Origin: an uncultured Candidatus Saccharibacteria bacterium
GTDB taxonomy: Bacteria; Patescibacteriota; Minisyncoccia; Phycocordibacterales; DATDWN01
Direction: 5' to 3'
Length of the DNA: 64,000 nt
Assembly: GCA_964597675.1 (NCBI GenBank)
Contig: CAZQYV010000004.1
Location: 5,590 to 69,589 of the forward strand
The notes below the pieces were generated by a model, which saw only the letters and a program-made list of their open reading frames with translations, did no database searches and was not told the origin of the DNA. The translations under genes were made by a program, and so were the position numbers. Shown here piece after piece: positions 37,686 through 46,443 of this stretch (position 1 is its first letter; each line of letters opens with the position of its first letter).

Positions 37686-38285
37686 ATGATTGACGAAGAT
37701 ACAATAATTAATACTTCGGAGAATGAACCCGAGGTCGATACCGACCCAGGGGATGATGTTATTTTTGAGGAAAATACAGAAGTGACTGGTGTTGATTGTG
37801 CACAGAAGGTTAAAAAATTAAAGGATAGGATAAAGGAACTGGAAAAGAAAAATGCGGACCTTCTCGACTCATGGCAGAGAGATAAGGCGGATTTTTTGAA
37901 CGCACGTCGTTTGGATGCTGAAAATCAAAAAAACTTTGCAATGTTTGCAAAGGAAGATATTGCCACAGAAATTATTCCCGTTCTTGATTCATTTGAATCA
38001 GCGTTTAAAAACAAAGAAGCTTGGGAAAAAGTTGATAAAAACTGGCGTACAGGGGTTGAATACATTCACTCACAGCTTGTTGGAGTACTTGGAAATCATG
38101 GCGTGACAGTTATAAATCCTATTGGTGATATGTTTGATCACAATCGTGATGAAGCTATTGAAAATGTATCCGTGGAAAACAAAAATGATGATGGAAAAAT
38201 AATGGAGGTGGTGAGTGTGGGGTATAAATTACAGAATAAAATTATACGAGCACCGAAGGTGAAGGTGGGGAAAATAAGCGAGTAA
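37686..38285 (+). CDS. grpE: Nucleotide exchange factor GrpE
   Basis: Coiled-coil N-terminus. ...IIPVLDSFESAF...GVEYIHSQLVGVLGNHGVTVINPIGDMFDHNRDEAI.... Confidence 0.85.
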   Translation: MIDEDTIINTSENEPEVDTDPGDDVIFEENTEVTGVDCAQKVKKLKDRIKELEKKNADLLDSWQRDKADFLNARRLDAENQKNFAMFAKEDIATEIIPVLDSFESAFKNKEAWEKVDKNWRTGVEYIHSQLVGVLGNHGVTVINPIGDMFDHNRDEAIENVSVENKNDDGKIMEVVSVGYKLQNKIIRAPKVKVGKISE

Positions 38286-38303
38286 ACGGTAAGAGGTAAG
38301 GAG

Positions 38304-38333
38304 TAAAAAATCCCGACCAGAGCGCTGGTCGGG
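38304..38333 (-). terminator. Intrinsic terminator for the minus-strand small-peptide genes (the hairpin also lies just 3' of grpE)
   Basis: CCCGACCAG-AGCG-CTGGTCGGG. The T-run (TTTTTT) is present only on the minus-strand reading. Confidence 0.55.
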
Positions 38334-38342
38334 AATCGTTGA

Positions 38343-38432
38343 TTAGAAATCATCATAATCACCTGGCATTGGTTGTGTCATCAGAACAACCATCAAGATG
38401 ACAAATAGAAGTAAACCTATTACAGGTTCCAT
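38343..38432 (-). CDS. Small hydrophobic peptide (29 aa), not in the ORF track
   Basis: MEPVIGLLLFVILMVVLMTQPMPGDYDDF. A strong SD (GAGGAAG) lies 4-5 nt upstream of the ATG, and the stop is followed by the terminator at 38304-38333. Confidence 0.4.
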   Translation of the reverse strand: MEPVIGLLLFVILMVVLMTQPMPGDYDDF

Positions 38433-38505
38433 ACATCTTCCTCTAATTCTATTGTAATAGAAAAACCGCCAGCTGTCGACGGTCTTTCCGTCGCCTATTG
38501 GCGGG

Positions 38506-38688
38506 TCATAGAAACAGGTACTTCGTGGCTACTGATATACTGATTGACAGTATGCACACACGAAACCACTTTGTCATAACATCCTCTGTTGTGGCTGATT
38601 TTTGAGTGGCTACCACGAAGCCAAATGTCAAGATAATTGCCAGCACCCAAAAGGACATTATCACCAGTCTGAATACCTCATTTGGCAT
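38506..38688 (-). CDS. Small two-TM membrane protein (60 aa)
   Basis: The internal Met of tool ORF 38506-38751 was used: MPNEVFRLVIMSFWVLAIILTFGFVVATQKSATTEDVMTKWFRVCILSISISVATKYLFL. It is preceded by AGGAGAG at the ideal distance and followed by a structured hairpin plus T-run. Confidence 0.45.
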   Translation of the reverse strand: MPNEVFRLVIMSFWVLAIILTFGFVVATQKSATTEDVMTKWFRVCILSISISVATKYLFL

Positions 38689-39069
38689 TTTTACTCTCCT
38701 ATCACTATTATAGCAAATAATAGTATGAATGTCAAGTGCACAAATGAGCACAGAAACTGTATAATTTCATACACAAAACATGAATATCACACCAGCACGA
38801 GGTAATTTCATAGAAAAAATCGTCCGTGACCAACAGGGGCGACTTGTTCGTGCAACTTTTTGTGTGTATGAGTGTGGTGGGCGTGTAAAAGCTCGTCTGG
38901 TACAGGCCACAGTAATTGACGATATATCTACGTCTGAGACACCTGTTCTGTCAGCGTATATTCCACAGATTATTTTTGAAACAGCACTTTTTGAATCTCG
39001 TCTTGTTTCACCATATTTTTCTTCCAATACATTATATTTTTCTGGTTCAAAACCACGAGCTCCCACATA

Positions 39070-39160
39070 TACGAAATAACGAATAAAAACACGAATAACT
39101 ACGAATAAGAAGTTTTATTATTCGTATTAATTCGTAACCAATTCGTTACTTCGTATTTTT
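39070..39160. promoter_or_regulatory. Dyad-symmetric array of ACGAATAA half-sites upstream of dnaK, including a perfect 9-N9-9 inverted repeat TACGAATAA-N9-TTATTCGTA (39100-39126)
   Basis: Three direct half-sites (aACGAATAA, cACGAATAA, tACGAATAA) are mirrored by three inverted ones (TTATTCGTa, aATTCGTAa, aATTCGTTa), centred ~80 nt upstream of the dnaK ATG. The geometry is identical to CIRCE (9-N9-9) but the sequence is different. Confidence 0.5.
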
Positions 39161-39192
39161 TATTTAATAATACTTAACTACAAAACAAACAC

Positions 39193-41118
39193 ATGAGTAA
39201 AATTATAGGAATTGATCTTGGTACAACCAACTCGGCTGTTGCAGTTATGGAGGTTGGCCAACCAAAAATACTTGAAAACAGTGAAGGTGCACGTACAACA
39301 CCATCTATTATTGCAGTCTCTAAAACTGGCGAGCGACTTGTTGGTCTTTTGGCACGACGTCAGGCGGTAACAAATCCAAAAAATACCATCTTTGGTATCA
39401 AGCGATTTATTGGCCACACATTTGATGATGTCGCGGTTCAAAAAGATAAAGCAATTGTTCCATTTGAAGTTTTAAAATCTGCAACAAACGGTGTAAAAGT
39501 AAAAATGAATGACCCTTCAAATCCTTCAGGGCAGGCAAGAGAGTATACACCTGAGGAGATTTCAGCAATGGTTATTGGTAAATTGAAAGCTGATGCAGAA
39601 GCAAAGGTTGGTGAAAAAATAACTCAGGCAATTATTACTGTCCCTGCATATTTTAACGATTCACAACGACAGGCAACAAAGGACGCTGGTCAGATTGCTG
39701 GTCTTGAAGTATTGCGTATTATAAACGAGCCAACTGCAGCAGCGCTTGCATACGGATTTGATAAGGATCGAAAAGATGAAAAGATTGTGGTCTTTGACTT
39801 TGGAGGTGGTACATTCGATGTCTCTGTCTTGGAGGTTGATGTTGATGAGGTTGGTGGAGATATTAAGGTAAAGGCAACAGACGGTGACTCACATTTGGGA
39901 GGCAAGGATATTGATCAAAAAATCATCAATTATCTTGCTGATGAGTTTAAAAAAGAGACGGGTATCGATCTTCGTGGAGACACGTTGGCACTCCAGCGTC
40001 TTGATGAAGCGGCAGAAAAAGCAAAAATTGAACTCTCTAGTGCAATGGAGTCAGAAATAAATATTCCATTCATCACATCTGATTCATCAGGGCCACGACA
40101 CCTTTTGATCAAACTTTCACGAGCAAGACTTGAGGAATTGACCGAAGAGTTTATTGAACGAGCAATGGCAATCACAAAGCGCGCTATGGATGCATCGGGC
40201 TTTAGTACATCGCAAATCAATGAGGTGATTTTAGTTGGTGGGCAAACTCGCATGCCAAAAATGGCTGAAAAAGTGAAAGCATTTTTTGGCAAGGAGCCAA
40301 ACAAATCAATTAACCCAGATGAAGTTGTTGCTCTCGGTGCTGCAATTCAAGGTGGTATCCTAGCAGGGGATGTCAAAGATGTTCTATTGCTCGATGTTAT
40401 ACCGCTTTCTCTAGGTATTGAAACAATGGGAGGCGTTGCAACAAAGTTGATTGAACGAAACACCACAATCCCTGCTTCTCGATCACAGGTATTCTCGACC
40501 GCTGCAGATAACCAAACATCAGTAGAAATTCATATTGTGCAGGGTGAACGTGCAATGGCAGGGGATAACAAATCACTTGGGCGATTTATTCTCGACGGTA
40601 TTCCACCAGCACCACGAGGTATGCCACAAGTAGAGGTGACCTTTGATGTAGATGCAAACGGTATTTTGGCTGTCAAAGCAAAGGACAAAGCAACAAATAA
40701 AGAGCAATCTATTCGCATCGAGGCAAGATCAGGGCTATCAAAGGAAGATATCGAAAAGATGCAGAAAGATGCAGAGGCACATAGTGCAGAGGATCAAAAG
40801 AAAAAAGATTTGGTAGAGGTCAAAAACATTGCAGAGCAACTGATCTACACATCAGAGAAATCTCTTCGCGACGCTGGTGAGAAGGTTCCCGCAGATCTCC
40901 GAGTCTCTATTGAAAACATGATTACTGATTTGAAAAAATCAAAGGATGGGGATGATATGGAGCAGATAAAGAAACAGACATCTGATCTGTCTTCGGAACT
41001 TTCGAAGATTGGGGAGATATTAAATAAATCTGCACAGACAGAAACACCTCCACAGGGTGAAAACACTGATGGTCCGGTGCGTGAAGCTGAATTCGAGGAG
41101 AAAAAGGATTCTCAATAA
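39193..41118 (+). CDS. dnaK: Chaperone DnaK (Hsp70)
   Basis: [18 protein letters not shown], and the [11 protein letters not shown] signatures. Confidence 0.95.
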   Translation: MSKIIGIDLGTTNSAVAVMEVGQPKILENSEGARTTPSIIAVSKTGERLVGLLARRQAVTNPKNTIFGIKRFIGHTFDDVAVQKDKAIVPFEVLKSATNGVKVKMNDPSNPSGQAREYTPEEISAMVIGKLKADAEAKVGEKITQAIITVPAYFNDSQRQATKDAGQIAGLEVLRIINEPTAAALAYGFDKDRKDEKIVVFDFGGGTFDVSVLEVDVDEVGGDIKVKATDGDSHLGGKDIDQKIINYLADEFKKETGIDLRGDTLALQRLDEAAEKAKIELSSAMESEINIPFITSDSSGPRHLLIKLSRARLEELTEEFIERAMAITKRAMDASGFSTSQINEVILVGGQTRMPKMAEKVKAFFGKEPNKSINPDEVVALGAAIQGGILAGDVKDVLLLDVIPLSLGIETMGGVATKLIERNTTIPASRSQVFSTAADNQTSVEIHIVQGERAMAGDNKSLGRFILDGIPPAPRGMPQVEVTFDVDANGILAVKAKDKATNKEQSIRIEARSGLSKEDIEKMQKDAEAHSAEDQKKKDLVEVKNIAEQLIYTSEKSLRDAGEKVPADLRVSIENMITDLKKSKDGDDMEQIKKQTSDLSSELSKIGEILNKSAQTETPPQGENTDGPVREAEFEEKKDSQ

Positions 41119-41272
41119 TATTTTCTTCCATCGTCCTCGAATTTTGTAAAATGCACCATACTTTTTTCTGCCTTACGCAGATTCCTTTCAGTCACCCCTG
41201 CGGGGCACGTGCCCACGGCTAGAAAAAAGTATGAGCATTTTTAACAAAATCCTGCGAATGATTCAGAAAATA
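41119..41272 (+). repeat. ~150-nt structured repeat element, copy B (between dnaK and dnaJ)
   Basis: See copy A. Same orientation. It has inverted ends (TATTTTCT ... AGAAAATA) and a perfect 12-nt palindrome GGGCACGTGCCC. Confidence 0.6.
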
Positions 41273-41390
41273 TTATTGAGAATTAAGTGACTGTGAAAGA
41301 CCTTAGCATCTGCTAAGGTCTTTCAAACAACACTTGTAATATGCTATTTAGTCAAGTATACTAATCAAGTAAAAAAACTATAATATACCT

Positions 41391-42488
41391 ATGCAAAATA
41401 AAGACTATTATGAATCTCTTGGTGTAGATAAAAAAGCTTCAAAAGAGGATATAAAAAAGGCCTTTCGAACACTTGCTCATAAATACCACCCAGATAAAAA
41501 AGGTGGTGATGATGCTAAATTCAAAGAAATCAACGAGGCCTATTCGATCCTTTCTGATGATAAAAAGCGTGCAGAGTATGATTCGTATGGAAGAGTCTTT
41601 TCGGGTAACGGTGGGCCACAGGGAGGCGCAGGAGGCCAAGGGTTCGGCGGGTTTGATGGTTTTGATTTCTCACAATTCACACATGGCGCACAAGGTCAGG
41701 GATTCGAATTCGATCTCGGAGACATCTTTGGTGATGTTTTTGGTGGTGGACGCCGTGGACAGGCAAAAAGAGGACGTGATATCTCTATTGATGTCGAGCT
41801 TTCATTTGAGGAATCTGTTTTTGGTGTAGAGCGAACTATTGTCCTCAATAAAACATCTACTTGTGACCATTGCAAAGGTACTGGTGCAGAAAAAGGTAGC
41901 GAAATGTCAACATGTAGTACATGTAATGGCAAGGGTAGTATCCGTGAGGTTAAACAATCATTTTTTGGTCAGTTTGAATCTACTAGTACTTGTACTACCT
42001 GCCATGGATCGGGCAAGGTACCAAAATTAAAATGTAGTGTTTGCCACGGTCAAGGAATATACAAAAAAGAAAGTGAGATTAAAGTAAAAATACCCGCAGG
42101 GATTGATAATGGCGAAATGATCAGATTGACTGGCGCAGGAGAAGTAATAAGTGGTGGGCAAGCAGGGGATTTGTATATCCGTGTATACGTGAAAAAACAT
42201 GCATTGTTCCGAAGAGATGGACACAACCTCGTCATGGATCTCAACATAAAATTATCAGACGCCCTTTTGGGTGGGGAATACGCTATTCATTCACTCGATG
42301 GAGATATTACACTGAAAATTCCAGAGGGTGTGACGTTTGGTGAGGTGCTCCGAGTAAAAAATAAAGGTGTTGTCTATGAACATACAAAACGTGGGGATAT
42401 TTTGGTCAAAATACATATTAATATACCAAAAAAACTATCGAAGGATGTTAAGAAAATAGTGGAAAATCTCAAGAAAGAGGGAATATAG
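41391..42488 (+). CDS. dnaJ: Chaperone DnaJ
   Basis: J-domain with HPD (YYESLGV...AHKYHPDKK), a G/F-rich region, and four CxxCxGxG zinc-finger repeats. Confidence 0.9.
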   Translation: MQNKDYYESLGVDKKASKEDIKKAFRTLAHKYHPDKKGGDDAKFKEINEAYSILSDDKKRAEYDSYGRVFSGNGGPQGGAGGQGFGGFDGFDFSQFTHGAQGQGFEFDLGDIFGDVFGGGRRGQAKRGRDISIDVELSFEESVFGVERTIVLNKTSTCDHCKGTGAEKGSEMSTCSTCNGKGSIREVKQSFFGQFESTSTCTTCHGSGKVPKLKCSVCHGQGIYKKESEIKVKIPAGIDNGEMIRLTGAGEVISGGQAGDLYIRVYVKKHALFRRDGHNLVMDLNIKLSDALLGGEYAIHSLDGDITLKIPEGVTFGEVLRVKNKGVVYEHTKRGDILVKIHINIPKKLSKDVKKIVENLKKEGI

Positions 42489-42532
42489 CCCTGTGGATTT
42501 GTTCTACATCCTAAAAATGCTATACTGTTTAT

Positions 42533-43018
42533 ATGACACAGTTCTTGCAACATAGCGTATCTCTATCAACAGATATTATTGCTATTTGTGTGCTCTTTAT
42601 ACTTCTATTTGCATATGGCATGTACTTTGGCAAAAGCTATCTGGTCTCTCTAGTGCTTACATTTTATCCAGCGCGATTTCTCTTTGAACATTTTCCTTTT
42701 GTAGACAAGCTAATTTTCCTAAAAGGGGATATGTTACTGACCCTAAATAAAGTAGGTATATTTATACTATTTCTCATTCCAGTTCACATACTGATCGGGC
42801 GATATGTCTTTTCAGAGTCCGGATATGGCGCAGAGAGGATGTTTCGTACAGCAGGGCTAGCAATAGCCGGTGTTATTTCTGTACTTGTGTTCAATTATGG
42901 TGTTATTAATCTCGATTTACTCTATAATTTCACTCCAGTTATTGATGTTTTGTTCTCCGGAGCAGATAAATTGTTCTATTGGAGTCTGGCTCCGCTCGTT
43001 ATCCTATTTGTCCTATAG
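42533..43018 (+). CDS. Hypothetical multi-pass membrane protein (161 aa)
   Basis: Four predicted TM helices. No family recognised. Confidence 0.45.
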   Translation: MTQFLQHSVSLSTDIIAICVLFILLFAYGMYFGKSYLVSLVLTFYPARFLFEHFPFVDKLIFLKGDMLLTLNKVGIFILFLIPVHILIGRYVFSESGYGAERMFRTAGLAIAGVISVLVFNYGVINLDLLYNFTPVIDVLFSGADKLFYWSLAPLVILFVL

Positions 43019-43124
43019 ATTGCTTGATTTTCGTTGATTTTAAGGTCTACTATATTTCGTAAATCTGTGGCTTTATATAGCCATATAATTCTCTTTCCAT
43101 ACCCTCATTTTCGTGTTATAACCA

Positions 43125-43154
43125 TTGACAGGTGATAGGTAAGTATGATAGAAT
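43125..43154 (+). promoter_or_regulatory. Candidate sigma-70-type promoter (TTGACA-18 nt-TAGAAT) followed by two CAGTAG-loop hairpins in the leader of the SLT-domain gene
   Basis: TTGACA at 43125-30 and TAGAAT at 43149-54. Downstream are ACTCAGTAGAACTGAGTTTTT and GTTCAGTAGTTGAGAAC. Confidence 0.3.
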
Positions 43155-43287
43155 ATACATGACTCAGTAGAACTGAGTTTTTCATTTGGAGACAGTTCAG
43201 TAGTTGAGAACATACTCCATATCTACCGTATTCCTTACAGAATTATAACTTAAAGGTAAGCATATTTTAAATTTTACAGCAGCAAGT

Positions 43288-43734
43288 TTGTTCATGGTTC
43301 TTTCTACAGCAGGAGGTTTCCAAAGCCCAGTTGTGGTGACTGAAGTACCGAAAATTGAGCAACAGAACGTTGTCAAAGAAATATCAAAAGATGATATTGA
43401 ACACATGATGGGTACTGAGCAATATGTACGTAAGTACTTTGCAGATGTTCCGATCATGATTCAGATCGCAAAGTGTGAATCTCATTTCCGACAGCTTGAT
43501 GAGGATGGCAGTATCCACCGTGGTGTTGTCAACAATAAAGACGTCGGTGTTATGCAGATTAACGAATTCTATCACCTAGATACGGCTGAAAAGAAAGACT
43601 ACAATATCTACACACTCGAAGGTAACACGGCCTACGCCCGAAATCTCTATGAAAGAGAGGGTACACGGCCATGGGCATCTTCAAAAGCATGTTGGGGAAA
43701 GTATGAAAGTAAATCCCTGGCAGTGAACAAATAA
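43288..43734 (+). CDS. Lysozyme-like / lytic transglycosylase (SLT, GH23-like) domain protein
   Basis: IAKCESHF (catalytic Glu-Ser) ... GVMQINEFYH ... YNIYTLEGNTAYARNLY is the GH23 SLT pattern. Confidence 0.55.
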   Translation: MFMVLSTAGGFQSPVVVTEVPKIEQQNVVKEISKDDIEHMMGTEQYVRKYFADVPIMIQIAKCESHFRQLDEDGSIHRGVVNNKDVGVMQINEFYHLDTAEKKDYNIYTLEGNTAYARNLYEREGTRPWASSKACWGKYESKSLAVNK

Positions 43735-43743
43735 ATAGCACAA

Positions 43744-43769
43744 ACGACCACCCATACGGTGGTCGTTTT
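43744..43769 (+). terminator. Intrinsic terminator
   Basis: CGACCACCC-ATAC-GGTGGTCG followed by TTTTG. Confidence 0.65.
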
Positions 43770-43814
43770 GCTTTTGTGATAGTCTGTGGTAGTCTAGCAC
43801 TTGGAGGTTACAAA

Positions 43815-44267
43815 ATGACACGAATCCATTTTGATATTGATGATGAGCTCTCTAAAAGAAGGCATGAATCCAGCCCGGAAATTGTGCTGGAGATGGCCAA
43901 CAAAATCCTAAAATTGTGCATACTGTCAAAATTGTCTGGTAAGGATAATCTTGCAGGGTATTTATCTCCAATAGGTAATGTCCTAATACTTTATAATCTT
44001 GAAGTAACTGGGATAACTCATGAGGATCTGGTTAACCTTCGGAAACACTATGAGCTGTCACCGCGGATAACCATATTTGTCAGAAAAAATGGCCGCCGTA
44101 TAAACAAGGATAATGGTGTAAATGGTGTTGTCATCCCATGTATCGTTCAACTAAGGTTTACACCAGGACGCGCTGATCAAAATGTTTTTGTCTATGAATT
44201 TACATGCCATGCTTCACAAAGGGGCATGTCAGTGGCTAGACTGACGAGATCACCAAAATCAAGATAG
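43815..44267 (+). CDS. Hypothetical protein (150 aa)
   Basis: The start was set at MTRIHFDIDDE. No family recognised. Followed by a strong terminator. Confidence 0.4.
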   Translation: MTRIHFDIDDELSKRRHESSPEIVLEMANKILKLCILSKLSGKDNLAGYLSPIGNVLILYNLEVTGITHEDLVNLRKHYELSPRITIFVRKNGRRINKDNGVNGVVIPCIVQLRFTPGRADQNVFVYEFTCHASQRGMSVARLTRSPKSR

Positions 44268-44285
44268 ATTGAAATAGTTTTCAGA

Positions 44286-44323
44286 AACTCTCACCACCCA
44301 TTGGGGCAGGTGAGAGTTTTTTT
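44286..44323 (+). terminator. Intrinsic terminator
   Basis: AACTCTCACC-loop-GGTGAGAGTT followed by TTTTT. Confidence 0.7.
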
Positions 44324-44365
44324 GACAAAAGAAGTTTTCAATGTAGTATTACATGTGGAGGCAAA

Positions 44366-44617
44366 ATGGCAATTTCAGTGACATTTTTTCCCGATAGCGA
44401 TCATCAATATGCTGTCAAAATCACATCAGATTGCAGTCAGGTTCTTGTTAGTTTGAATGGCACGGAATCACAATTCCGCCCCACATCAAACACATACCAG
44501 TATTGCAATTACATTATAGATGATAATTTTGTCGTCCCAGTAGGGATGACCGAAAATGAGGCAATCATTGAGCGCCTCAAAAAACTGATATTGGAGACTA
44601 CACCAATATACAGATGA
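44366..44617 (+). CDS. Hypothetical small protein (83 aa)
   Basis: GGAGG SD. Followed by a terminator. Confidence 0.4.
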   Translation: MAISVTFFPDSDHQYAVKITSDCSQVLVSLNGTESQFRPTSNTYQYCNYIIDDNFVVPVGMTENEAIIERLKKLILETTPIYR

Positions 44618-44633
44618 GCGAATGGATGAAGGT

Positions 44634-44664
44634 CCGCCACACCCACACTGGCGGCCTTTTATTT
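44634..44664 (+). terminator. Intrinsic terminator
   Basis: CCGCCA-CACCCACAC-TGGCGG followed by CCTTTTATTTG. Confidence 0.6.
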
Positions 44665-45028
44665 GTCTCTCTATATAGAGGGGAGTAGGATATAACAATG
44701 TCGCACCACAGGAGTACTAGTACTACTCTAAGTACCTAGTAGGGCACTAAGAGTAGTATGTCGCACAATATATCTTTCGGTAGGCACACCTAGGAGTACA
44801 TCTAGGGTTCTATTGATTTAAATCAATTTGCAATATTACCTAAAAGTGTCCCTTAATCATTAATATTTCAAAAAAACGAGCTCGTAAAATGCCCGAGGTT
44901 GAGTCTTCCCTTGCTTCGACCTACCATACATCATTCAAATAGCATCTTAAAAAATAATTCCCGATAGGGGATTCTAGCAAACAAAATTTAAAATTAAAAT
45001 GCGCACTCTCCCCTATTTGCATTACATT

Positions 45029-46303
45029 TTAAATATTTGGAAGATAAGCAAGTGGATCAAGATATGCTTTAATGTCAGCCAGAGGAATAACTGCTTGTTT
45101 GCACCCACGACTGTTTACATACTGCTCGATTCGAACACCCTGAGTAGCATATAAGCCGAGGTGAAGATGCGGCCCTGTAGAATATCCAGTATTACCACTA
45201 AAACCAAGAAGGTCTCCTGTCTTCACATCTTGTCCTTGGCTGACACTTATCACAGAAAGGTGTCCATATATACTAGATAATCCATTTTTATGTTTTACCA
45301 TGACCCATTTTCCAAATGAGTAGCACCCCGGATATTGATCAGTATTACCTGTACCAGTAACTACACCATCTAGAACGCTCTTCACTTTTGTTCCTATACT
45401 GGCTCGAAAATCTACACCATTATGTGATCCTGATGTATACAGTTTTTCTGCACCGACGGTCTTACCAAATTTTTGAGTGACATAGGCATCATCAAGTGGC
45501 CACGACAAGATACCTGCTCTTGGTGCAGGATACCCTCCCTTATCAACGGTCAGATTTAATTGTGATTCAAAATCATACAGTTCTTTTTCAAATTGGGCTT
45601 TTTGCTGTTCACGAGTTTTAATAAGATCCCTATAGGCCTGCTCTTTATTTTTAGTTTGCACAAGCAGTGTGGATTTCTCCTGTTGACTATATTCAACCGC
45701 CAATTTTTTGCCACCTAGATCCTGTTTCAGGCCAACTAACTGATTTTTCTGAACAGAAAGTGAGTCCTGCTTTTCTTCCAAATCATCCTTTAATTCTCTT
45801 AACTCATTTGATTTGTCACGAATTTGTAATTGCACTCGACGAATATCATCGATATCAGACCATATTTCCTGTATATTTTTTCCACCAAGTATATATGCCA
45901 CAACATTTGTATCTTCAAGATACCGTGTATTTTGGATAAGGGTGGTAATCGCTTTCTTATTACGAGCAATTGTGCCTGTAGTGCTACCGATACCAATGTT
46001 AATTTGGTCTATTGTTAGTTCGGTTTTATTTATCTTACGCTCAGTCAATGTTAAATCAGTTGTAATTTTCTTTTTAGAAAGATCTAGTACCTTGATTGTA
46101 TTTTGAAGTGTTTTGGCCTGTGCATTCACAGTATTGACCTCTTTATTATACTGTTTGATTTCTTCCTCTAACTTTTTAATTTGGCTAGTACGATCCTCTA
46201 TTTTGTTAATTAAATCATCAGCAGTATCCGCTTGCACAAAACCCACCCCCCCAACCAAAAGGAGAAAAAAGAAAATTGAAATGTATTTCTTTTGTATTGT
46301 CAT
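45029..46303 (-). CDS. M23-family peptidoglycan endopeptidase with an N-terminal coiled-coil (EnvC-like)
   Basis: Signal peptide, a long coiled-coil, and a C-terminal HxxxD...HLH motif (SGSHNGVDFRASIGTKV ... GNTGYSTGPHLHLGLY). Confidence 0.8.
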   Translation of the reverse strand: MTIQKKYISIFFFLLLVGGVGFVQADTADDLINKIEDRTSQIKKLEEEIKQYNKEVNTVNAQAKTLQNTIKVLDLSKKKITTDLTLTERKINKTELTIDQINIGIGSTTGTIARNKKAITTLIQNTRYLEDTNVVAYILGGKNIQEIWSDIDDIRRVQLQIRDKSNELRELKDDLEEKQDSLSVQKNQLVGLKQDLGGKKLAVEYSQQEKSTLLVQTKNKEQAYRDLIKTREQQKAQFEKELYDFESQLNLTVDKGGYPAPRAGILSWPLDDAYVTQKFGKTVGAEKLYTSGSHNGVDFRASIGTKVKSVLDGVVTGTGNTDQYPGCYSFGKWVMVKHKNGLSSIYGHLSVISVSQGQDVKTGDLLGFSGNTGYSTGPHLHLGLYATQGVRIEQYVNSRGCKQAVIPLADIKAYLDPLAYLPNI

Positions 46304-46330
46304 TATGATTCACAATCTTAATCTTGTTGA

Positions 46331-46423
46331 ATTATAATGATTTTAGAGACTTCGCAAGGCGGGTAGCCGAGACTTGAGGAATTTTTCAGCAGAAAAATAT
46401 CCGTGCTCTAAAATCATTATAAT
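46331..46423. repeat. Hairpin-bounded intergenic repeat, copy C (18-bp perfect outer inverted repeat and a conserved ~57-nt core)
   Basis: The outer IR is ATTATAATGATTTTAGAG / CTCTAAAATCATTATAAT. The core is ACTTCGCAAGGCGGGTAGCCGAGACTTGAGGAATTTTTCAGCAGAAAAATATCCGTG. It lies between gltX and the M23-peptidase gene. Confidence 0.6.
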
Positions 46424-46443
46424 GAATAAAAGATTAAGATTGA

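Noticed and set aside
38780-39079. 99-aa ORF just upstream of dnaK (and its antisense partner 38767-39066).
   Set aside because: There is no SD and the composition is odd. It ends exactly where the ACGAATAA operator array begins, so it is more likely regulatory DNA. A small real gene is not fully excluded.
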